Part shown: one piece after another, positions 12,301 through 24,300 of the stretch
How the letters are laid out: every line of letters begins with the position of its first letter
Position numbering within the stretch: the stretch's first letter is position 1
The notes under the pieces: model-generated
Database searches by the model: none
What the model was told of the DNA's origin: nothing
What the model saw: the letters and a program-made list of their open reading frames with translations, nothing else
Assembly: GCA_002633005.1 (NCBI GenBank)
Contig: NMRA01000010.1
Coordinates: 1,460,982-1,524,981 of the forward strand
Reading direction: 5' to 3'
Origin: Phoronis australis
Lineage: Eukaryota; Animalia; Phoronida
Length of the DNA stretch: 64,000 nt
Made by a program: the position numbers and the translations under genes

Positions 12301-15300
12301 CATGATTTAGGGGGATGACCCTTCGCAACCCTTCAGCATTTTTCAAAATATGCAAATTAAGGTCGCCATTATGCAAAATTGAATTTTTGCTTATAATTTC
12401 CGTACCAAGCACTGCAGCCAGATAATTTTAAAGTTTTACCCATGTTTCCATGGTTAACAAATTTAATACTGCATGTTTTAGGTGAGTACATTGTCAATTT
12501 GCATAATTTATGCAAATTAAGACCGCCATTATGCAAAATTCTATTTTTGCTTATAATTTCCTTACTAAGCACTGCAGGCAGGTTATTTTGATGCTTTCAC
12601 CCATTTTTCTAAGGCCGCCATTATTCAAAATTTTACTTGTTCTAATAGCTATGGTACTGTACCAATCATCACAGGTGCATTATCATATTTGCACCTATGT
12701 TTCTATGGTCAACTGGTTTAATGAAATCAGTTTGCATGTTGTTGCGTGATAAATTTGCATAATTAATGCACATTAAGGCCACCAGTATTAAAAATTATTT
12801 GTTGCTTAAAGCGCCCTTGCCAAGCACTGCAGACGGGTTACTTTAATGTTTTCACCCATGCTTCCATGGTCAGTGAGTTAATGGACCTTGTTTGCTGGTG
12901 GATACAACGTGAATTTCCTTAATATATGCATAAATTAAGGCCGCCATTATTCAAAATTCTACTTAGTTTATACCTGAAATACCAGGCACCCCAAGTAAGC
13001 TATTTTAACATCTTTACCCAGGTTTCTGTGAAACCAGTTTGCAAGTTGTTACATGATGAATTTTAATATTTTTTTTAAAGTAATGGAGACCACTATTTCA
13101 AATACTGTTTGTGCTCTTAATTTCCTTACGGGCGTTACATGTAGATTATTTTCCAATATATCTCATGTTTTTGATAATTTACACAAATTACAGCTGCTGT
13201 ATTCAAAATTCTACTTGTGTTTATAACTGCTGCATCAGACACCAGAGGTTAGTTTTAAATATTTTCACCCATGTGCCAGTGGTCAATGAATTGAATGAAA
13301 TCTGTTTGCAGGTTGTAGCATGATAAATTTGCAGAGTCTCCTTTATATGCGCCCACATATTTAGATGTAGACGCATTATGCCGTCATGTCCGTTCGGCGT
13401 CCATCCGGCGTCCGTCCGGCGTCCGTCCCGCGTCCGTCCGACGTCCGTCCAGCGTCCGTCCGGCGTCCGTCCGGCGTCCGTCCGGCGTCCGTCCGGCGTA
13501 AGTCCGGCGTCCGTCCGACGTCCGTCCGGCGTCCGTCCGGCGTCCGTCCGGCGTCCGCTGCTCTATCTCCAAAACCCTTTGACATACGTTCATGAAATTT
13601 AGTACATTTGTTTCTGTTTCTGTTTTTGTGGTGACGTCAGAGGGTAGGCAACGGGATAGTCTCTGGCCCTCCTCCTTCCAGTATCGCACGCAATGTAAAT
13701 TTGGAGATGCAACCAAGTTCGTGCTGGTTACACACTCTTCGATCTTTTCCCCTGATACGAGTTTTTGCTGCATCTCCGTATTGCCATCCTCGCTCTATGA
13801 GGCGCTTTGTTGCCCATCTCTCCTGCTGTTGTATAATCTCGGCATCTTTAAGCCATTCACGCACTCTGGAGATTACATCTGCTGGTGTGAGGAGCAGGTC
13901 GGCAATCGGTTCTGCGATGCCTGCAAGCTCATCCGCCTTGACGTTGAATGAGATGCCACAGTGTTCTGGTATATAAACACTGGTGAAAAGACCAGTTTTT
14001 AGCCTGTTAATGAGGCTGAGGGAGTCTGTAAGTAGAAATGATCTGTCTGCAGGTGTTGTGTCCTGTGAGAGCCAGACTAGGGCGTCTTCATATGCTTCAC
14101 ATTCAGCTCTAAAAGAAGAGGATTTTCCAACCCATGCTGTTGATCATTCGAAGAGGCGAGTCCAAGCAACTGCTGTCCAAGCCGTAGTGTCATCTCTTAG
14201 TGAGCCGTCCGTTGCAACAGTGATTGTGGGAGATTGTTCTTCTAGCCATTCCAATACAGATGCTTGGTTGATACAGTCAGCTCTTTCCCGCCAATGACGG
14301 CCTCCAATCGCCATGGTGTTGTGGCTTTGGACCACTCTATGCCGTTGATGTTCTCCACTGGGCATACCTCTTCGACAAGCTCCCTAGCTCGGATAACCCA
14401 TGATTGAACTTTGGGTCCCATACCAAGGATGGGCTTCATCAGCTTAATCCACATCTCTTCTGTAGTCATAATATCGCATGGAACGTAGAGATTTACGAGA
14501 ATGTAGGCTCTTTTGTCTATTTGCAGTTTGATAGCTAGACCTTCTGCTGTTCCTTGGTATGTTGGGACTTTCAATTGGCAACTATCTGTGGCAGCATCGG
14601 CCAATGTAAGGAGACCCCTCTTTCCTTGGACAGTTCAAAAAAGACTTTGATGTCTAGTGGGTAGGATGTTTTTTGCTGCAATTTAATCTCCTGAATCACG
14701 ACGATGTTGTTTTCAGCCTGCAGTTTATCGATGGTTTCCCTCCGCCATTTGTGGCTTCGTGTATTCCATGAAACAATTCTAGTGGCCTTTTGGTTCATTC
14801 TGTCCCTTTTCTCTAATCTATGTTTCTTTCCTCCTCTTCTACCTCTGAAGCCCTTAAGCTTCGCTCTAATGATGTTCTCGTTTTTGTGTTGTGCGATCTG
14901 GAATCCAGTCGCTGCGTATTTATTACCCCGCTGTCCTGATAACCTAGGCCGCTAGTTTAACGTCTTAAATAACCCTGGTGGCTCAGTCGTGGTTACAGAC
15001 GGGCCGGTGAGGATCCTTACTGACCTAGGGCTGCCTAATTTAGAGCGGACGAAACCTCCCAATGAATTGAAATAGTCTTTCCTACTGCCACTTGCGACGC
15101 ATGGCCCTCTCGGTTAAAGGCCATAAAGAGAGGTTATAACCCGATCGCCGAAAGCCGCTACTTCTCTGTGCATTTCTGCGGGCGGGGCAGCTCACGCCCT
15201 TTTAAAAATTGTCAGCTGGCGGGTGGGAGTGTGACTCCTCCTACGCCCTTCGCCGTTAAAGTATGGTATGTAACCTTCTTCCGCCGTTGATTACTGACAT

Positions 15301-18300
15301 TCAACACTATTTAATCCAAAGCTGGGGGTTGGAATGGCGAGTGCCAGAGTGTGTCCACTCGCCGGTGGGTCATGCACACTGCACCTTTAGGGCTCCAACC
15401 TGCTCCAAGATCCTCTATGCAATTAGCCTGGAGCCGCAAGAGTATCCAGTTTATGTGTGTTACCAAGGAGAGGTAAAACACAGAAGTCTTGGTGACAGAG
15501 AGGCTGTTTACTGGCAGGGAAGGCTGACGCACTCGGCTTCCTTTTCGCTTGTGCTAGGCAGCGGCACTTTACGAGTGCAAGGTGCACAGGAGCAGATATA
15601 CAAACGAAAGTGCACTAGACGCGTCCAATCACCCTGTGCTTTACAACACCAACACACATATGTTCCATTCATGAATGGGACGGCATGAGCGAATTTTCGG
15701 ACGGATCTCCCTAGGGCTAATTTTAGTTTTTCACACTTACCGTTGTATCTTCAAACGTCCTTAACGAATTTTCATTAAATTTGGTATGTAGGCAACTATT
15801 TGTAAGATTACGCTACGCTATCCTCCCGTTTTCGGATGGATTCGACGTAGTTTGCTACACCTAGTGGCCGTTTTTACTGTTTTCGAGTCTGTTTTTTGCG
15901 TCCACCCCTCTATCAACCAAACCGCTCAAAGGATGATTGTGAAAATATGCATGTATGTTCTTACTATGAAGAGGACGGCTGACGATGATTTTCCTACGAT
16001 TTCGAGTACTGTGGCGCCTGCTAGTGGCAGTTTTTTGCGCCTATGGCTGTATCTCCTAAACCGTTCGCAGGAACTTTACGAAATTCAGTAAGTATATTTA
16101 TATGATGTTAACAATAGACTACGACGACTTTCGGACAGATCTGACAACTGGTGTGCCACCTAGTGGCAATTTTATTTTTTTACGTTTACCTCTGTAACTT
16201 CAAATATCCTCATCGTATTTTCATAAAATTTGGCATATATGCATATATTAATGAGGTGTCGCTATCTCGCCGTTTTCAGATTAATTCGACCTAGTTTGTG
16301 CCACGTAGTGGCCATTTTTAGTGTTTTCGAGTTTTTTTGGCGTCCACTAATCTATCAACCAAACCGTTTTCAGTACAATTGTGGAAAATGGCATGTATGT
16401 TTTTACTATGAAGTGGACGGCTGACGATTATTTTCTGACGACTTCGACTACTTGGGCGCCTCCTAGTGGCAGTTTTTTGCGCTCATGGCTGTGTCTCCTA
16501 AACTGTTTGCAGGATCTTTACTTAATTTAGCAAGTGTATTTATATGATGTTGACTACGGACGACGACGACTTTCGGACAGATCTGACTACTCCTCTGCCC
16601 CCTTGTGTCAATTTTAGTTTTTTTACGTTTAACTATGTATCTTCAATGGTCCTCAACAGATTGTCATAAATTTTTAAATATAGGCATCTATTGGTGTGAT
16701 GACGCTATCTTCCTGTTTTTGGATGGAATCAAGGTATTTTGCACCACTTAGTGGCCATTTTTGCTGTTTTCAAATCTTATTTTTGGCGTCCACCCTTGTA
16801 TCAACCAATTCATTTGATTATGGGCATATATGTTCTGTGTGAAGACGACCTTTGACGATGGTGACTGACTACTGTGGTGCCTCCTAGAGCTAGTTTTGTT
16901 TTGCGTCCATAGTTGTATCTCCTAAACCCACTGCAGGATCTTTATTAAATTTAGTAAGTGTGTTTGTATGAAGATAAGAACAGACGACGATGACGTTCAG
17001 GGGGATCCAACGAACACTGTGCCCACTAGTGGCCATTTCATTTTATTCTATTTTCCTTTGTTTCTCTGAAGTTCCTTGACAGATTTTTATGAAATATGGC
17101 ATGCTTCTGTTTCTGGACCGATTGTGTGTTTTTGCGCCATTTAGTGGCCATTTTTATGATACAAACAAATAACCCTAAAAGCACACCATTTGCAATGCAT
17201 TCGTGGGCACATTTCAACGCTCCGCGGTGCTCTTGTTGATGAAGTAGGAAAATATTTTTTGTCTAGGCCTACTTTGTTCTGCAGTTTGAGACCTTAAATT
17301 CCAAAAAGATATTGCATATAGCCCTGCGCTCACACAGACCATAGAAACAACGCAAATTAGTTCAATGACTTGGGTGAATGCTGGAATGGGACTCGGAGTT
17401 TCAGGCTGTATCAGTTAATAGGGATCACATTGATGAGGTACGAATACAGTAGTGAGGGAATAGTAGGGAATTGCCCTCAAAGAAGAGAATCTTAAGCTTT
17501 GGGCACAAGTTGCCATTTGTCCTACAATATTGAAACATCTTGGAGAGATGGAGAGCGGTAACATGAGATACTGTACTAAAACTTACCACGCGGCAGAACG
17601 TAAGGCACGTCTTGATGCACATGCCCAGGATATTGCACGGATCTGTCAAAAGTAGATATCAGCATCTATCTATTGGATCCCAAATTCCATTCTAAAGACA
17701 CAGTGGTGAACATTACCAGTGACAGGATTGCTACATTAACAGTTAACGTACATGAAACAATAAGCATGGTGCAGGCAATGTTATCAGACTTCGAGAAAGG
17801 CTACCAGTACGTTAGGAACACAAGTAGGCAATCAGTGATAAAGAACCTTCTCCCTTAATATAGTAACAGGACACTGGAGATCGAGACATCCCATGAATAA
17901 GGTAGCTCCATTATTGTCCAACAGAACGTGAAATGTGCATATGGAATTAACAAATTTTAGGTTGTTTCGTGTGCATTACTAAGACAAGGATTAACTTCAA
18001 ATACCACAGCCATGAAATCACCTAGTAATCGTAGAACAGTCGTAGACATAAAGTGAAAACATGTAGCGATATTTTGAAGATCTCCTCCCTGCCCATGCAC
18101 TGTAGGGGTGTAACACGTTGCCATTCTACTGTGGAGTTGGAAAGGGATCCATCGTTAAAATATTGAAGGCTGGACATGACCTGTCTGCCATCGGCACTTT
18201 TAATGCACAATTTTCTGATGTCATGAAACAGGACATTAAATATATGATTGTGCGCCTTTTATGGAATGAAGAGAATCAGGAAGATGTCAGGAATCCGACT

Positions 18301-21300
18301 ACTGGCATGGGGAAGAGAAATGGCGAGAAATATATGTCCGCCCCCAAACTGTCACAACAGCAAAGACATTCAAAGAGCATGTAAACGTAGGCAGAGCCCA
18401 TTACGAGTCAGTCGTGTGGTGGAATGTCACCAGCCCTAGATCCACTATGGACGGAAGAAAGATGCCATAAACAAATCACTCTCACCATCTATAGTTCCGC
18501 ATGGGGTCCAACTCACTCCTATCGCATACTAGTGATGATTAATGTGGCTGCAAAGGTCAGACTCCACGAAATTCAGGTAGATACAATTGAAGAGTCAATT
18601 TTCTACCCCGCGCAATATTTTGGGCACGTTATACTATAGTGTGCTCACGTTCCGAGTGTTGAATTAGCACTTAAAACGTCTTGTGACTGGTCTCTACTTG
18701 ATAGGTTATTGTCCTAGGTTTATGCAATTAAACAATTTGGTCATCTACTACTACATATACCCTGGGTATTAGAAAAAAATAGAATTTGCAGATTATTTAT
18801 ATTGATGATTGCATTAAATTCATCGTAAAAATACCAAAAATAATTACATGTAGCGCCCCCCGTAAGAAAGTTACGAGCAGAAACAAAATTTTTCATAATG
18901 GCTGCCTTTATTTGCATAAATTACGCTAATTTTTCATGCAACTTAGCAAACTGATTTCATTCATCTAATTGACCATAGGAACATAGGTTCAAACATCATG
19001 AGAGTTTACCTGTGGTGCTTGGTACCGCAGCTATAAGCACAAGTACAGTAGCTATAAGCACAAGTAGCTATAAGCACAAGTAGCTATAAGCACAAGTAGC
19101 TATAAGCACAAGTAGCTATAATCACAAGTAGCTATAAGCACAAGTAACTATAAGCACAAGTAGCTACATGTATAAGCACAAGTGGCTATAAGCACAAGTA
19201 GAATTTTGATAATGGTACCTTTAATTTGCATTTAGTGATACAACAACATGCAAAGCGATTTCATTAAGCTAGTTGACCAAAAGAATATAGGTGCAAATAT
19301 CATGATAGTTCATCTGTGGTGCCTGGTGCAGTAGCTATAAGCACAAGAAGAATTATGAAGAATGGCGGCCTTAATTTGCATAAATTATGCAAATTGACGA
19401 GGTATTCACTTGCTCTATTAAATTCGTTGACCATGGAAGCATAGGTAAAAGCGTCAAAATCATCTGACTGCAGTCCTTGGTCAGGAAATTGTAAGCAAAA
19501 ATAGAATTTTTCATAATGGCGGTCTTTAATTTGCATATTTAAAAAAATGCTCAAGGTTTGCGAATGGCCACCCCATAAGTCATGGTTACTTAACCCTAGG
19601 CTACATGAAACAGCAAAGAAAAAAACTTTATCCGGCAAAACCACTGGTTCCCGGACTATATATGATGTTCCGAAGTTAGGAAATCTTTGGACCGTTTTAA
19701 AGGGCTTCGTATAACGTAAGACAGTGTTGTGATAGAAATTCAAAGTAAAGACACTCTCGTGTACACAATGCAAATATTGCATTTTAGAAAAGAATACACA
19801 AAGGTTATTGTTTATCTTAAGTGTGGTATTACGCTTGCTCTGAGCATTTTTGTCAGCTACATTGTCATACATTCATACCTGACTTTACTCCGACTGTGAC
19901 CTGTGATTTCCAATGAAATCAACTTCATGAACCCAATATGTGTTACAGGGATGCCCAACCATGGGTGTGTTATGACAGGTGCCGGCAACCTCTCGTGTCA
20001 CCATATAGTACATGTGGACGTCCAAAGTTTATCAGTGACATCCGTACTTCAGAATGCATTAATCGAAGCAAACAACGCTGGTGTAACTTCCCTGAGCATT
20101 CCTGCCATTGGGACGGGTAACTATTGTGATGTTAAATGCCAACACCTTGTGTAATAACCTGCGTGTGTTGGAGACTTCGAAAGCATGCGTGCTGTTGGTA
20201 CTTGCAATTAGGTGATATTAAAGGGCAATACCCAGTGTAAGAACATAATGACAAGCGCACGTTAGTGTTTGTGTTTCTTAGTCAAACCAGTACTTGTCTA
20301 CTGATAGTTCACGTTGGTAGAACTACTCAGCTTAACAGAAAACAGCTGGGTCAAGTGAAAGCTGAAAGATGGTTCTCCTCCTTGTCTTTCTTTGCAAGAT
20401 GGATTTAGTCAGTCAAAATGACAAAACGTGAGTATTTTCATGATTTTCATGCCACCACAGTGACTTGTTCCCTATATTTTCTGTGTAATTGTTTTAGCTA
20501 TGACTCAGGACAAAGTTGAGGAGAACGCGAAGCACCTGTTCAAGGCAGTGTCGAAGGTCTCCAAAAAGCTAAATCAACTTCGATCAATCAACATCGTTGT
20601 ATTCCATCAACAAATGGTGTCGGTGTATGAAAATGTTATGCACACGCAGTTAGGACAACCTGGAAAGAACTTTTTTCAACGTAAGTAATTTGCTACATAT
20701 ATAGGTCAAAAGTAACGTAGGTTGGAAACTAGTGGCAACACGTAGTGTCTGTGAACCGCAAGTCCGCGGTCTTTTTTCAGAGCAATACTGGTGAAGATTA
20801 CAAAAAATCGACCAGTAATTGGAACTTTGGAATTCACACTGTACAGTGCTAGCTGGCTCACCGGGGACACAAAAAACCACAACAATATTAAATGACGGCC
20901 AATGGGCGTCGCAGCAGCCTATAGTGACCATGAGCTTGCATTGTCTTAAGCGGTCTGACAATGAGCTTTTTATTAATCTTACGATGTTTGTTAATATGTA
21001 TGGGTGAGTAGTTATCGAAACCCTTTCAAAAGACGGTGCCCTAATTAGTACATCATCAGGCAACAAAATAGTTGTGATTACGTTCACAATCCCCTAGCCA
21101 GAATAACTGCACAACATTCAATCACTACGAGTCAAATCACCGATGTTTTCACGTGTATAACTTTCGAGTCACGAAAAGTAAAACTTTTTAAAAACAAAAC
21201 TAAAAATCATCTTACAGGCGAAAAATGTTTAATTTTATGTAAATTTCAACTTTTTCCTTTGGAAGTATTCCTAAGATCATTGGAGTGGGGAAATAGTAAT

Positions 21301-24300
21301 GAGACATTGTTTTTAACCGATCAGCAGGGTGAAAAATTCATTGTAAGACAAGTAGGCGATGGGTAACACTTCGTTTCACTCCACTTTACGTGGATCCAGT
21401 TGTGATTTATCTGAGCACAAGAGATGAGGAAAAACATCCAAAAATAGCATGAAATTGGGATCAGTAACCCCTGAATACTCCTGGTCTTCACTTAGACTAT
21501 AAGCAAGCCCTATGACGATATGCATTCCATCACAAGCTTCACTAAAAATAAGATGTGCACTCATATATGGGCTTCCGAACGATCGCTAAAAAAGACAAAC
21601 CTCAAACCTCAAGAGACATGGAAAATTTTTCACCAATGGCGCTGATATTTGGCCACAACTAGTTTTGAGTAAACTCTCTGCGACAGGCTATTGGTAAATA
21701 GTCTCCATTCACTTTTAAAGGACAATGCCACCCGACTTAATTAGTCCTTTCTACCTTCTTAATCGGTCTGTGGCCACATCGGCTGGTCGACCTTACCTTG
21801 CCGAGAGGTGTCGGGTTAACCTGTGAGAAAGGTGAGAAACTCCGCAGAGACGCCAGTGGTTCATCTGCAGAGTAAGTGCCGCCATGGTGCGGTGTGTTGT
21901 TCCCGCTTGTGCGAACTATGACGCTACGAGGAAAACGTGTACGTCGTTTTTTCGATATCCCCGAGAGCCCGAAAGCCTTTGAAAGTGGCTCGCGGCAGTG
22001 AAAAATGAAAAGTACGGCGTTCATACCAAGTACATGTACTAGGCCTTGAAACATCTCCGTGTTTGTGGCCGGCATTTCGTGAACAGTGATTTCACTTACG
22101 AATCCCGGCTTGCCAAATAGCTCATGGCAGGGCAGAAAAAGCCACCGAGGCTGAAATCAGATGCTGTGCCTAATGCGTTTGCGTTCGGCAGGCCCTCCGC
22201 TATATTTCAGGCTGGGTGCTAGCGTGTTATATAACCAGTTTGATGACTTACTCGTTCGTCAGGCTTCTGTTTGTTCCTCTGGGTGTAGGATGTTTTCGCC
22301 AGTGCTTTTCTCCAGCCCTAAGAAACGTCGTGAGCACACCTCTGTTGAGATGCGATGCAAAATCAGGGTGATCCGTGAGGCGCATTTCTGCCTCTCCAAG
22401 AAGGCGTTTCACATGTTGAATTCCGTGGCAACAAACGCGCACTGACACCATGACAAGTCATTGAGACGGCTTTCGGAACTTTGTATATGCTCCATTGTCT
22501 GTGCACGTTCACGGCGCCTCTCTAATATTTCTTGATCAGTGTATTGTGGTTCGAACTGATAGCCTGAGAAACCTAACGGATCTACCTGGGAAGTCTTCGT
22601 CAGATGAGTACTCCTCCAAGTCGGAATTGCGAGTTGCCATTTTGATTTATGTTACTGAGCGTTGTTTCAAAATGAAATATTCTCACCCTAACCAACACTG
22701 AAACAGAGCCTGTCTCATTAGGTGCAAATTGTAATGCCTTTGGAGTTTTCGTGAGTGCAAATGATTTGAGAAGCCAGCAATGAATAAACTGAATCACTGC
22801 GTTACCGGCTTTAAGTGCAATAAAACTAAGGTGACCGGACACCTAGGACGTGTGAGCGCATGCTAATTCAGTATTTGCTGACAGAAACTGTTGTGAAACA
22901 ATAACACGATTTTCTATCCCACTGCCAGGTGTTAGGGGAATCTTTATTTACATATACATTATTCAAATAATGATTGTCAATGTGCTTCTGCCCTGACAGT
23001 TCTGTGGCCAAAGGCGAATCTGAATTCGCGGCCCTCCGACTAGTAAGTAGATTTGCAGTTAGTGGCTATTTCACCAACATAATCACGTGCACATTACTTC
23101 TTTGGCTCACTAGTATATTATTTTCTTGACTGGTAGTTTTTTTTCCAACTTTGACTGGTTTATGTTCGTGATATCTTCAGTCCGGCAGCGACGGGCTTGA
23201 TCGGGTTCCGAGCCATTGGCCGTGATAATGAGTCAGTCTGACCGCTACGGGCCTGATAGGGTTCCGAGCCACTGGCCAGGATAACAAGCGTTGTGTGTGT
23301 TTAGAACTCAAAAAAATCACTAGTCTAAGCAACACAGATCTAGATTCTCCTGTTTCTTTTCCAGGAAAGAATACTTCGAATTTATTACCGAACAAACCCC
23401 AAACTCCTGCTACGGACTTTGGTAAATTGGCCTGCCGAACTTTGTAGGATACGGTGTGTCCAAATACCAATAAATCCGTAACTGCGAAATAAAACAACAC
23501 GTTTTTATAAGAACTCGCTGTATTTTTAAGGGTTTTACATCGAAGTTTGATGATTTATTGGTGTCAATCGATGAATTCAATTAATAAGCTGACACCACTA
23601 ACCCGTGTTGTGTACTGCTAATTAGACGTCATTGGATAATTTCAACACCTCCTTCTGCCGTCAGGTGTCAGGTAACGCAAACGAACGTGCCGTTATCGAA
23701 TATGACTACTCTATCTAAACTGACACGAAATAGGTTGTTTTTTGGGTGGCACTTTCCTTTAATTTATCAATAAAAAACACCTCGACAAAAATTTGGAAAT
23801 TTGTTTTCACTTGCCCGTGTTTTTTATTGTTTTTTGGTTTACTTAAATCGTATTGCGTACCAATGAAAAGCCAAGTCATTCCCCTTTCCAACATTACCAC
23901 TTTCTTCAGTAAATGTTTATTGTCTTTAGTAACTTTGCTGCCAAAGAACATTCAGCTTTTTCAGTGACAATTACAGTGCTGGTTCCATGATAATACAATG
24001 TAGAATTGATGGCAATTTGGCAGCACTTTTAAATTGTCACAAAAATAGTGTTTAAAACAATTTATTTATTGAACAACTAACTGATAGACAGTAGTAATAG
24101 TCTGCCTGATTGGCGACAAGGTTAGTCGTCTCAGTCTGGACTTGACGAATCATTCCCAGCCACTGTTGTTGTTGTGTTGGTCATTTGCGTACGTACAGCC
24201 CGTCCCAGTTGGTTCGATAGGGTTCAAGTGTGGACTGCATGCGCTTCATTCCATTTGGACCCAAGAACACCACTTGAATAAAGATGCAAACTGGGCACTC

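Larger units (their letters stand above)
13342..17237 (+). mobile_element. Non-autonomous Helentron/DINE-1-like repeat (HINE) with CGTC-rich microsatellite and tandem core repeats, nested in the Academ element
   Basis: 5' tttatatgcgcccac and 3' gtgggcacatt subTIR, 3' end gctcttgtt, microsatellite 13381-13557, tandem core units 15690-17150. Confidence 0.65.
12207..19658 (+). mobile_element. Degenerate Academ-type DNA transposon with long internally repetitive TIRs
   Basis: Termini TAGTCCGGGAGCCA / TGGTTCCCGGACTA flanked by a TAT duplication; TIRs ~12207-13330 and ~18880-19658; decayed ORF with LLPAHAL*GCNT..GVGKG (XPG/H3TH-like), VVNITS..VNVHE and APKL..RAHY..VW. Confidence 0.75.

Noticed and set aside
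13376-13773. Repetitive ORFs (RRTDAGRTPDG / VRRPSGVRPAS)
   Set aside because: Translations of an 11-bp tandem repeat inside a transposon.
19030-19200. Regular short repeats resembling a CRISPR array
   Set aside because: No unique spacers, eukaryotic context, no cas genes.
19300-19872. 190-aa minus-strand ORF
   Set aside because: Straddles the Academ TIR and intron sequence; no domain signature.
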